Notes under the pieces: model-generated
The model's input: the letters and a program-made list of their open reading frames with translations, nothing else
What the model was told of the DNA's origin: nothing
Database searches by the model: none
Shown: positions 27,761 to 35,056 of the stretch, one piece after another
How the letters are laid out: each line of letters opens with the position of its first letter
Position numbering within the stretch: the stretch's first letter is position 1
IMG/VR virus record: IMGVR_UViG_3300016476_000306
Span: 1-42,085 of that record
DNA length: 42,085 nt
Direction: 5' to 3' (one strand)
Source: a virus
Lineage: Duplodnaviria; Caudoviricetes
Made by a program: the position numbers and the translations under genes

Positions 27761-28301
27761 TTAGCAACTCCATAGCTTTTTCAGTCCGAATCCAAGCGTA
27801 ACTGCCATTAACAGTAAATCCACGTTTTTGGTGAATACGCATAAATCCATCATGCTCTGCCCGAATACTGGTTGAGCAAATAACCGGAATACCCCAACTA
27901 TGCGCCCAAAGAATATGTTGGTCAATCATCTCATTAATCAACCTGACACGGGTTTTTGCAGGCAAGGACAAATCAACATGGTGAAACTTGGCATTACTGA
28001 TCTCCTCATTTGAGTAAGTAGCATAACCACCCCTGTCAAACCAGCAGTAACCCAACAAGGTATCTTCTACGATACTAGCGCCAATCATCGTCCTGATTTC
28101 ACGCTCACCACGGCAAACAGCCAAGAACTCCCGACCCTTGTTAAACAACTGCTCCGTAGCCGCCATCGTCACCCGATGACGGAATACATTCCTGTCCCGA
28201 GTCAATATGCCGTCAGCCTCTTGACCAAATACAGAATCAGCCAGTTCAACAATGTCGTCAACATCGTGCAAAGGATGCGCCAGTGACCATTCGTGATTCA
28301 T
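27747..28301 (-). CDS. GNAT-fold-like protein (putative acetyltransferase)
   Basis: DVDDIVEL...FLAV...LLGY...HVD...LI...WA...GI...FMRIHQKRGF pattern. Confidence 0.55.
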   Translation of the reverse strand: MNHEWSLAHPLHDVDDIVELADSVFGQEADGILTRDRNVFRHRVTMAATEQLFNKGREFLAVCRGEREIRTMIGASIVEDTLLGYCWFDRGGYATYSNEEISNAKFHHVDLSLPAKTRVRLINEMIDQHILWAHSWGIPVICSTSIRAEHDGFMRIHQKRGFTVNGSYAWIRTEKAMELLNERG

Positions 28302-28320
28302 GCCATGCCTTTCAATAATC

Positions 28321-28397
28321 TGGTGCCCTTGGGGACGAATCGAACGCCCGACCTACTGAGTACAAAACAGTTGCTCTGCCAACTGAGCTACAAGGGC
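28321..28397 (-). tRNA. tRNA-Thr(UGU), atypical, with encoded CCA
   Basis: Cloverleaf GCCCTTG/CAAGGGC, D arm GCTC/GAGC, loop TTTGTAC, TTCGA; 77 nt. Confidence 0.85.
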
Positions 28398-28398
28398 T

Positions 28399-28474
28399 TG
28401 GCTCCCTAAGGTGGGCTCGAACCACCGACCAACAGATTAACAGTCTGCTGCTCTACCAACTGAGCTATCAGGGA
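28399..28474 (-). tRNA. tRNA-Asn(GUU) with encoded CCA
   Basis: Canonical 76-nt cloverleaf, loop CTGTTAA, G73 discriminator. Confidence 0.95.
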
Positions 28475-28476
28475 AT

Positions 28477-28521
28477 GCGCCGGATTGTACTCAGGGAAAA
28501 GTTTTTGGCAAAAAATTTTTA
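28477..28521 (-). promoter_or_regulatory. Sigma70 promoter of stable-RNA type driving the tRNA/late operon
   Basis: TTGCCA-16 bp-TACAAT, GC-rich discriminator CCGGCGC, A/T-tract upstream. Confidence 0.75.
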
Positions 28522-28544
28522 TACAGGAACAACCTTGTTAAAAG

Positions 28545-28553
28545 TTATCCACA
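28545..28553 (+). promoter_or_regulatory. Perfect DnaA box
   Basis: TTATCCACA. Confidence 0.6.
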
Positions 28554-28619
28554 GGCAATAGTCAAAAATTGCTATATAACCCCGTGTTTTTGCACACCTT
28601 GACCAGCAAGTTCTTTATA

Positions 28620-28632
28620 AATCAACAACTTA
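28620..28632 (+). promoter_or_regulatory. IHF consensus site
   Basis: AATCAACAACTTA matches WATCAANNNNTTR. Confidence 0.65.
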
Positions 28633-29182
28633 CGCGAGTGCTTAAAAAATAGGCAGTGAACTTTTTGAAAAAAAAGTGGGTTTACCTGACTGGGCCCCCT
28701 TATTTCCCCTCTATTCCAGTCCTACCCCCTCCTCCTATTTGCCCCGATTAAGGTGGGGGGGGATGCTTTGGAATCCATGGTGTGGATGATGGATTCTCCC
28801 TCTATAGGTGCCCGATCACTTATGAGGATTGTTGTTCCAGCGAATTTCTTCCAGCACGGCTCCGGAGATGGATAGCTGGCTCTTCTCTTCTATGTACTCT
28901 CCTTGTAGTTCAAGGGTTGTAGCTTGTTTTGGGTTTCTTTTCTTTTTCTTTTCGTACTCTTGTCTGAGCGACTTTTCTTGCCCTATTCCATGCCATAACT
29001 TATCCCCAAGTTATACAGAGTCAGATAGTTAACTTGAAACACTTTATTCAAGTGTAATTAGTAGGTTCTAAGGGTTTTTTCTGGTGAACTTTACTTGGCA
29101 TCCAGTACTCATACAGTATTGACTTGATGCACAATGGCTTTGCCTTCGGGCACCGGCAAACAGCAAAACAAAGGAATGAAAC

Positions 29183-29407
29183 ATGAACAGCATTGCAAAC
29201 ATCATCAGCATGGATGCCGCTAAGGCAATGGGGAAACGTCACGCCGACATCGCACTAGATCAAAAAGATGAATTTGGATCTGTGCAAACAACCATTCAGG
29301 CTTACCGCGAAAACCTTCAAGACACCCTAGATGAGATGCGTCTTTCATCTTGGGCTGAAGTGGCGCTTGACGCATACGACCGCCACATCATCAATTCCAC
29401 CAAATAA
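29183..29407 (+). CDS. Early hypothetical protein, 74 aa
   Basis: AAGGA RBS; first gene of the rightward island. Confidence 0.75.
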   Translation: MNSIANIISMDAAKAMGKRHADIALDQKDEFGSVQTTIQAYRENLQDTLDEMRLSSWAEVALDAYDRHIINSTK

Positions 29408-29444
29408 AGAGCAATACACGCACCAACTAACCAAAGAGGCCACT

Positions 29445-29660
29445 ATGCAAAGCAACCCAATTAACGTTCAATTCGAAGCAAAGATCAGGGATGAATGGGT
29501 CACTGTTGACGGATTAGCCTGGACGGACGAGTCTGGCGTATATCAGACTGCTATCAAGGCTGTCTGGCTGGATGTCGTCAACGTAACGGGCCTTTTGACC
29601 GACTATGACATCGCCGAGTTGGATTCGATGATCCCCGATGCCCTTATCTCTCAGGAATAA
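29445..29660 (+). CDS. Early acidic hypothetical protein, 71 aa
   Basis: GAGG RBS before ATG 29445. Confidence 0.75.
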   Translation: MQSNPINVQFEAKIRDEWVTVDGLAWTDESGVYQTAIKAVWLDVVNVTGLLTDYDIAELDSMIPDALISQE

Positions 29661-29664
29661 CGCC

Positions 29665-29772
29665 ATGACACAAGACACTATCGAAAACATTAAAGACTTC
29701 GCGCTGGCTCTGGCTATTTCTGGCGCTTTGCTGGTATGCGCTCTGGCCTATTTTGATGTTCTTGTTAAATAA
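29665..29772 (+). CDS. Early membrane micropeptide, 35 aa (not in ORF track)
   Basis: MTQDTIENIKDFALALAISGALLVCALAYFDVLVK*; AGGA RBS. Confidence 0.65.
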   Translation: MTQDTIENIKDFALALAISGALLVCALAYFDVLVK

Positions 29773-29846
29773 CCAGTTTAAATGCCTGCCAGTCGGGCAT
29801 TTAGGCGGGCAATTTGCCCTATTTTGTGCAATTAATGGAGTTAAAA

Positions 29847-30500
29847 ATGGCACCGAAAATCAGCATTACATCAAAGCTCGACGGCATCCGATCGTGGTCA
29901 CTGCAGGCCATTGAAACATGCCCCGGATCAATTGAAAGCCCCGGTGTATTAGTTGACGCATGCAAAGGATGTTACGCTACAACGGGCAACTATAACTATC
30001 CGAACGTTAAAGCCCCGAGAGCGCATAACAAGACGGACTGGCAACGTCTCGAATGGGTCGATGATATGGTTGCCGAACTGGATAGCGATCGCTATTTCCG
30101 TTGGTTTGACTCTGGCGACATTTATACAGTCGCATTAGCCGAAAAAATCCTTGAAGTAATGCAGCGCACCCCATGGTGTAAGCATTGGTTGCCGACTAGG
30201 ATGCATAAATTCCCCAAATTTCGGGATGTTTTGCAGCGCATGCAAGCGCTTGAGAATGTAATGGTTCGTTTTTCATCCGATAGCGTTGTAGGGGAGTACA
30301 TTCCCGGACTGCACGGGTCAGTGATCGGGCCCGATGCAGCTAGTTGGCAAGCCGTTGACGGCGCATCCCTTTGCAGAGCTTATGAGAACGATGGCAAATG
30401 CTCAGGATGTCGCGCATGCTGGAATAAATCTATTTCCTTGATCGGATATCCGGCCCATGGTCAAAAAATGGCAAAAGTTATCATGCTGAAAAAAGTATAA
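29847..30500 (+). CDS. Gp88-like protein (Cys-rich, radical-SAM-like motifs)
   Basis: SWSL...TCPGS...C.GCYA; FRWFDSGD; HWLPTR; C..CRACW...IGYPAH; GGAG RBS. Confidence 0.8.
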   Translation: MAPKISITSKLDGIRSWSLQAIETCPGSIESPGVLVDACKGCYATTGNYNYPNVKAPRAHNKTDWQRLEWVDDMVAELDSDRYFRWFDSGDIYTVALAEKILEVMQRTPWCKHWLPTRMHKFPKFRDVLQRMQALENVMVRFSSDSVVGEYIPGLHGSVIGPDAASWQAVDGASLCRAYENDGKCSGCRACWNKSISLIGYPAHGQKMAKVIMLKKV

Positions 30501-30502
30501 AC

Positions 30503-30583
30503 ATGAAAAAGCTTCAAGCCCTTATCGCTCGCGCTCGCCTTATTTTGATCGCTGAGGAGATAAGGCAAAGCCTGAAAAAGTGA
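30503..30583 (+). CDS. Possible 26-aa basic peptide
   Basis: MKKLQALIARARLILIAEEIRQSLKK*; lies between gp88 and the terminator; weak RBS. Confidence 0.35.
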   Translation: MKKLQALIARARLILIAEEIRQSLKK

Positions 30584-30586
30584 ACT

Positions 30587-30620
30587 AACCCAGCCCTGTG
30601 CTGGGTTTTTTCTTTTCTTT
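30587..30620 (+). terminator. Intrinsic terminator of the early island
   Basis: AACCCAGC-cctgt-GCTGGGTT followed by a T tract. Confidence 0.85.
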
Positions 30621-31056
30621 GCCGGCCCATGCTGGCAGGGATTGATTCGGCCCTGCTGGCTTGAAGCCTGCAGGGATTGAAGCGCCATTGTCCCCATGGG
30701 CAAGGCCTGGCTGTTTTCGATTGTCCACCGCGGGCAACGGGGCTTTTTACCCGTTTTGGGGCCGACTGGATTTAAGGCGCTTTCCCTTGCCGGACTGGTG
30801 CAGGTATTGCCGATTGGAAATGTCGCGTTGTATCGCGTTCTGACGCGTTTTGGCCCTATTGCTGCAGCGGCTCTGCGGTAGCCTGAGCGCTTTTACGGGT
30901 AGGGGTTTACCACTATGGGAACCGGGCAATTCCCCTACTTCCGACTGGGTCTTTGGGTCTTATTGACTGTTTTTCCATGGAAAGACACCCCCCCCATCAA
31001 AAATTTAGCCCCCTTGTTTTTTGACCTTAGTAGGTCATTTTTTGCTTTGGGGCTCC

Positions 31057-31086
31057 AAAAAAAAGACCCCTTGTTCCCAAGAGGTC
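31057..31086 (-). terminator. Intrinsic terminator of the leftward operon
   Basis: Minus strand GACCTCTTG-ggaa-CAAGGGGTC-T8. Confidence 0.8.
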
Positions 31087-31111
31087 AAATCCCATGAGGA
31101 GGAGACAACTG

Positions 31112-31462
31112 TTAAGCCAAGAATTTGAGCTTATACGCAGTGGTATTGATCAAATCGGCTATTTCATCTACCAGATTCTGTATTTCACTGTCATTTGGCA
31201 GGGCTTTTCTGTTTTCTTTGACGTATTGCTTGAGGTCTTCAAGCTCTTGCAAGGGTGTGTCAGCAGGAGCGTAGTAGTCCTGAGGAAACTCAACCAATTC
31301 GCCTGTCAAACCTTGAATGGCCTCTACAAGACCGTCAACCAAGCCGGGAAGCTCTTCATAAAACGATCCCAATGCCATGTGTTGGGCATAGGATTTTGTT
31401 TTGAAATGCAGAATATGGGCATTTGTTGCCGCATGAAGAAGGGTCAGCAGAAATTCACCCAT
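31112..31462 (-). CDS. Ferritin/Dps-like protein (DUF5856-type)
   Basis: HILHF.TKSYAQHMAL..FYE....VD.LVE..QG and YKLKFL. Confidence 0.8.
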   Translation of the reverse strand: MGEFLLTLLHAATNAHILHFKTKSYAQHMALGSFYEELPGLVDGLVEAIQGLTGELVEFPQDYYAPADTPLQELEDLKQYVKENRKALPNDSEIQNLVDEIADLINTTAYKLKFLA

Positions 31463-31826
31463 AACTTACTCCAAGATGGTCTAGCACCCGTTTGGCTGCT
31501 TCTATTTTCCATGGTCGCATTGTAGGGCTTTGGGCTATTTTGATCCACTCTTGAATCTGGCGGGTATATGCGTGCTGAAAAGCCTCTTGGCGCTCTTCAT
31601 AGTCCATATTTCCCTGATCCAACATGGAATGGCACCAATAACAACCCCAGACAGTACGAGAATCCTCGGCTTTGAGTGCCATAGCTTTACCTGATTGGAG
31701 GCTGTTGTCGTGGCAAGCAACAGTAGTTGATCCCTCATCGCACAAGCAGCGTTTGCTGATCTGCAATAGGCATTCTTGGCCTTCAGCCAGCCTCAAAATG
31801 TCTTTGTCTCTATACATTTTTGCCAT
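31455..31826 (-). CDS. DUF1364/YbcO-like putative nuclease
   Basis: GQECLLQI...C...TTVACH...GCYWCH..LD. Confidence 0.8.
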   Translation of the reverse strand: MAKMYRDKDILRLAEGQECLLQISKRCLCDEGSTTVACHDNSLQSGKAMALKAEDSRTVWGCYWCHSMLDQGNMDYEERQEAFQHAYTRQIQEWIKIAQSPTMRPWKIEAAKRVLDHLGVSYG

Positions 31827-32001
31827 TCAGGCTGATTGGGATGTAAATGCAACTGGCATCTTTGCTATTGATGCTGTGTTGTGTGGCCGTTCTTGGGCCA
31901 AATACCTGCTCTGGATGCTCAGACCACCGTTTGCAGTTTTTGCAATAGTGATCTGGCTCCAAAGGCTTGCATCTGACGTAATCAAACGGCAGTGTTCGCA
32001 T
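31810..32001 (-). CDS. Small Cys-rich protein
   Basis: D..RC......C.NC.R...C..I. Confidence 0.65.
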   Translation of the reverse strand: MRTLPFDYVRCKPLEPDHYCKNCKRWSEHPEQVFGPRTATQHSINSKDASCIYIPISLNGKNV

Positions 32002-32320
32002 ATTCCAGCTCTAGCAGCAATTCAAGGTAATGGATGGCTTTTTCAATGTCAGCACGGCCATTCTTGTCTTTGTGGCGGGTAACGTACTTGATTACGTTGC
32101 CTTCACAGAACCCCAAATTGTTGGCATGGATGTAGACAATGGGCTGGATGCCTTTGTCTTTGTAGTGGTTGCCAGAGACTTGTTTGTCAAAGGCTGAAAC
32201 ATGAACTTCGTGATAAGCAGGCTCAAAAAATGGCCTATCTAAACTCGATAAACAAGTTTTGCAATGAAAACTACTTTCGCTTTGCCATGTATGTTTGCAG
32301 TTTTTGCAATCCCTAAGCAT
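31982..32320 (-). CDS. DUF3310 (SaV / T7 gp1.7-like) protein with N-terminal Zn finger
   Basis: QVSGNHYK...GFCEGNVIKYVTR...KNG..DIEKAIHYL. Confidence 0.88.
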   Translation of the reverse strand: MLRDCKNCKHTWQSESSFHCKTCLSSLDRPFFEPAYHEVHVSAFDKQVSGNHYKDKGIQPIVYIHANNLGFCEGNVIKYVTRHKDKNGRADIEKAIHYLELLLELEYANTAV

Positions 32321-32322
32321 TG

Positions 32323-32628
32323 TTATTCCTTTACAAACACACCAGAAGGCAGCAATGTGCCTTTGCGATGCTTGATCTGGTCATATGCCAGTTCTAGGCA
32401 GTCCACCAGATTAAAGTCTTGTAAAGCGCAATAGTTAATGAGGCAGACAATAACGTCACCAACAGCGTCCATCGCATCTTCTCGATTGCCCTTTGTCGTC
32501 GCATCGGCCAATTCACCCATCTCTGAAACCGCTTTGAGAAGCTGTGCTTGAGGGGTCGAGTTCGGAATAATCCGTCGCGCTTCGGCCCAACGGACCACAT
32601 CGGATTCAAGTGCTGCATACGTTGCCAT
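32323..32628 (-). CDS. MazG-like NTP pyrophosphohydrolase
   Basis: QLLK..SEMGELA...DAVGD...CLE.AY.QIK.RKG....GVFVKE. Confidence 0.88.
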   Translation of the reverse strand: MATYAALESDVVRWAEARRIIPNSTPQAQLLKAVSEMGELADATTKGNREDAMDAVGDVIVCLINYCALQDFNLVDCLELAYDQIKHRKGTLLPSGVFVKE

Positions 32629-32801
32629 TATTCGGTCTCTCCCGGCTTCATTTCTTCTTTGGCAACGGCTTGTTGAGCGGCCAGTTGCGGTTGTGCTTGC
32701 TGTTGCAGTTCGGCAATCAGGGCAGAACTCATGTGGTAAGGCATTTGAGCCAGAGCTTGGATAACAAGATTGGCTTGTTCAAGGGTCAGATTGAATTGCA
32801 T
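32628..32801 (-). CDS. Small helical protein, 57 aa
   Basis: GGAG RBS before ATG 32801; LAQMPY...LI..LQQQAQPQ. Confidence 0.7.
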   Translation of the reverse strand: MQFNLTLEQANLVIQALAQMPYHMSSALIAELQQQAQPQLAAQQAVAKEEMKPGETE

Positions 32802-32803
32802 GA

Positions 32804-33082
32804 TTACTCCAAAATAAGTTTGATTTGATCGCTTGACAGACATTCGCCTGTCTTCGGGTGGTACAGAGTGCCAGTTACGACATCTGCATAGAATTTTCCT
32901 TTGTTTTCATACATATTGAAAACAGGATCGTATTCATCTACATCAACCAACTGAAATTTACGTTTTTTTTCGTAATCAGCCGTTTTGATTTTCAATGAAA
33001 TGGTGTTTTGCTTGAGTTTTTCAAACCCTCGGCTTAAACACGCTGCTTCGCCTTTAATGATTACAAAAGGAGAATGCGTCAT
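32804..33082 (-). CDS. Hypothetical protein, 92 aa
   Basis: ORF with ATGA overlap. Confidence 0.65.
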   Translation of the reverse strand: MTHSPFVIIKGEAACLSRGFEKLKQNTISLKIKTADYEKKRKFQLVDVDEYDPVFNMYENKGKFYADVVTGTLYHPKTGECLSSDQIKLILE

Positions 33083-33306
33083 GGGTTCCCCGGCGTAATG
33101 ACTCCGTACTCACCACGTTGCCACAACATTCGCATACGCTTTTGAGCGCCAGCATCCATAAGCTCACTCATCGAGTAAATGCTTGAGTTTTTATTTGGAT
33201 AGCCCGGAGCTACAAACACATTTTTGTTACGGAAATGAGGCACATATGTAATACCGCGAAGGTAATACGTTGCGTACTCTGTCATTTCTGCCAATTCTTT
33301 TTTCAT
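33079..33306 (-). CDS. Hypothetical protein, ~68-75 aa
   Basis: ORF downstream of the structured intergenic region. Confidence 0.65.
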   Translation of the reverse strand: MKKELAEMTEYATYYLRGITYVPHFRNKNVFVAPGYPNKNSSIYSMSELMDAGAQKRMRMLWQRGEYGVITPGNP

Positions 33307-33324
33307 TGCTTTGCTTTCATTAGG

Positions 33325-33438
33325 TGGGCCTACTCGCTGCGTCTGTGCCGTGGGTGATTCCCTGTGATCCGACCGTACTTCTTCCGTACCTAGTCACACC
33401 GCCCGGAAATTGGGCGCACAGCATCCGCTTTCGGCCCA
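33325..33438 (-). ncRNA. Candidate structured RNA (multi-stem junction, loop-E-like internal loop)
   Basis: Nested pairings UGGGCC/GGCCCA, UGC/GCA and UGUGC/GCACA enclosing three hairpins. Confidence 0.6.
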
Positions 33439-33444
33439 ATTCAT

Positions 33445-33705
33445 TTACCAGGGCACGTCATCCCCGAAGTCTTCAACTTTGGCTTTGGTGGTAGGTTTGC
33501 TGATCTGACGGGTTTGTTCTTGTTTGGCACGGATGGAAAAGCTCATGTAGGGCTTGCCTGCTTTGCTGGTTTTTTTCCAGATAGACAGCCAGTAATCTTT
33601 TCCTTCAACGTTCAGGGAACCACTCCAATCAGGATGTTTTTCCTCTGTTTTCTTTTCGTTGACCATGGCCATGCCACGATTCGTATTGTTAAACTCTTGG
33701 CTCAT
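33445..33705 (-). CDS. Small single-stranded DNA-binding protein-like
   Basis: KHPDWSG.LNVEG..YWLS.W and acidic-aromatic tail DFGDDVPW; directly after ERF. Confidence 0.75.
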   Translation of the reverse strand: MSQEFNNTNRGMAMVNEKKTEEKHPDWSGSLNVEGKDYWLSIWKKTSKAGKPYMSFSIRAKQEQTRQISKPTTKAKVEDFGDDVPW

Positions 33706-34322
33706 TGCGCTTCCTTTGCTTTCGTAATTGCTGTGCGGACTTTGGAGTCCAATTTACCCCAGAGCCATGTTTTTTGATCGGCTTCTAGGTTTTCGCTTTC
33801 AAGGGCGAAACGGGCTTCTTTCGGGCGTTCTTGCTTGACCAAAGCGGTCACTTTTTCTGCAAGCTCCTCAAGATATTCTTTGATTTCGTTTGGCAAATCA
33901 TCACCAATACCACCACGGGGTGTAACAACAGCACCGTCACCTTTGCGACCAGTAGTTGCGTCCAGTGCATCGTGTTCAACGATTTCAAGGGCTGCAACCC
34001 ACAAATAGCGTCGCAAGTATGTTTGTACTGCCCCAAGGTTTTGAACCTCATGGCAGCCCTTTAAAGCAGCCGTAGACATAGGACTGGTGATGACAATACG
34101 TTGCTCTGGGAACTCAGTGTCAACAATTTGCATTGTGGCTTCTGTCAGGCCAAAACTGATTACAGATGCAAGATTGTGCTTTTTGAAGATTTCCAAGGCA
34201 GGGATGATGAAATCGCCAAGCTCAAAGTACTGATAGCCAGCAAACTTGTTTTGGCCAGTCTTTTTCAGCTTTGCACGGTGGAATTCTTCCCGCGCAGCAT
34301 TCAGTTTTTCATAGACATTCAT
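33702..34322 (-). CDS. erf: ERF-family single-strand annealing recombinase
   Basis: KKTGQNKFAGYQYFEL; QNLGAVQTYLRRY...D.LDA. Confidence 0.9.
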   Translation of the reverse strand: MNVYEKLNAAREEFHRAKLKKTGQNKFAGYQYFELGDFIIPALEIFKKHNLASVISFGLTEATMQIVDTEFPEQRIVITSPMSTAALKGCHEVQNLGAVQTYLRRYLWVAALEIVEHDALDATTGRKGDGAVVTPRGGIGDDLPNEIKEYLEELAEKVTALVKQERPKEARFALESENLEADQKTWLWGKLDSKVRTAITKAKEAQ

Positions 34323-34564
34323 TTTTTTGCTCCATGTGCGATTTCCCATTCTTGATGGGCAATCTCCATTTGTTCTTCAATAGGGAAGTCGCTAAATGGC
34401 ATAAAGTGAACTTCATGGCAGCAAGAACGCTTGCCACCGCGAGGCGTCATGCAATACGGGCAGTATTCAACATTGGCTTCTTCATCAAGGTATTGTTCGA
34501 CCCAAGATTTCACGATGTATTCCTCTTGCAATTGGACGGTTTGATAAAACTGTTCTTGGCTCAT
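34319..34564 (-). CDS. Hypothetical protein with Zn-ribbon-like Cys cluster
   Basis: YCPYC.....KRSCC.E.HF; GGAGG RBS. Confidence 0.75.
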   Translation of the reverse strand: MSQEQFYQTVQLQEEYIVKSWVEQYLDEEANVEYCPYCMTPRGGKRSCCHEVHFMPFSDFPIEEQMEIAHQEWEIAHGAKK

Positions 34565-34800
34565 GTTGCCTCCGCTTTGGCGATGGCTGAATTGATGCGG
34601 TCAACAATGCCTAGCGGGACATCATATTCTGACCAGTAGGAAGCGGATTCTTGGAATTCTTTCAGAACAGCCAGCAGTTCAGCATTAAGCGCGTGAAGGC
34701 GGCGCAGTTCGGCGGCGCATTCCGATGGTGTGGAGTTCCAGCCATATCCCGGTCGGTCCAGAATTTCAGCCAGCCGCAGTGCTTCGGGTTTTGTGTTCAT
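34561..34800 (-). CDS. Hypothetical protein (EALRLA / AAELRRLH / AIAKA family)
   Basis: 79 aa; ATGA overlaps on both sides. Confidence 0.75.
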   Translation of the reverse strand: MNTKPEALRLAEILDRPGYGWNSTPSECAAELRRLHALNAELLAVLKEFQESASYWSEYDVPLGIVDRINSAIAKAEAT

Positions 34801-34937
34801 TTCTTGGCCTCAGACGGAGCAATCCAGCCAAATTTACGCCATGTGTCTTGCACATTGGTGGCCGGTGGAGGAGTCCAAGGCTTACCTTGAAGAAGGGATT
34901 GTGTCGGCTGTGTACGCCGGGGAGCATTGAGTTGCAT
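34797..34937 (-). CDS. Small protein, 46 aa (not in ORF track)
   Basis: MQLNAPRRTQPTQSLLQGKPWTPPPATNVQDTWRKFGWIAPSEAKK*; GGAG RBS. Confidence 0.7.
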   Translation of the reverse strand: MQLNAPRRTQPTQSLLQGKPWTPPPATNVQDTWRKFGWIAPSEAKK

Positions 34938-34977
34938 TGCATTCTCCATAAGATCACTGCGTTGTTGCAGTTCAGGT

Positions 34978-35050
34978 AATGTACACCAGTTTTTCTGTTT
35001 TTTTCTTAGGACAAACCCTAAGTGACCAACACAAAAAACCGTGCTAGTCT
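34978..35050. promoter_or_regulatory. Divergent promoter pair with central palindrome TTAGGACAAACCCTAA (35006-35021)
   Basis: Leftward -10 TACATT (34978-34983); rightward extended -10 TGcTAGTCT (35042-35050). Confidence 0.65.
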
Positions 35051-35056
35051 TACGCC

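Noticed and set aside
2591-28301. Stop-codon reassignment
   Set aside because: Long genes are uninterrupted in the standard code, and neither tRNA is a suppressor.
29101-29118. LexA (SOS) box upstream of the early genes
   Set aside because: The minus strand TACTGTATGAG matches one half-site only; the closing CAG of CTG-N10-CAG is missing.
28829-29242. Short track ORFs in the non-coding gap (also 30461-31097)
   Set aside because: No RBS, low-complexity translations, and overlap with regulatory motifs or terminators.
29800-31000. Apparent excess of 6-bp palindromes (CCATGG, CTGCAG, GCATGC) in the early island
   Set aside because: The same sites occur elsewhere in the genome; enrichment cannot be supported without a proper count.
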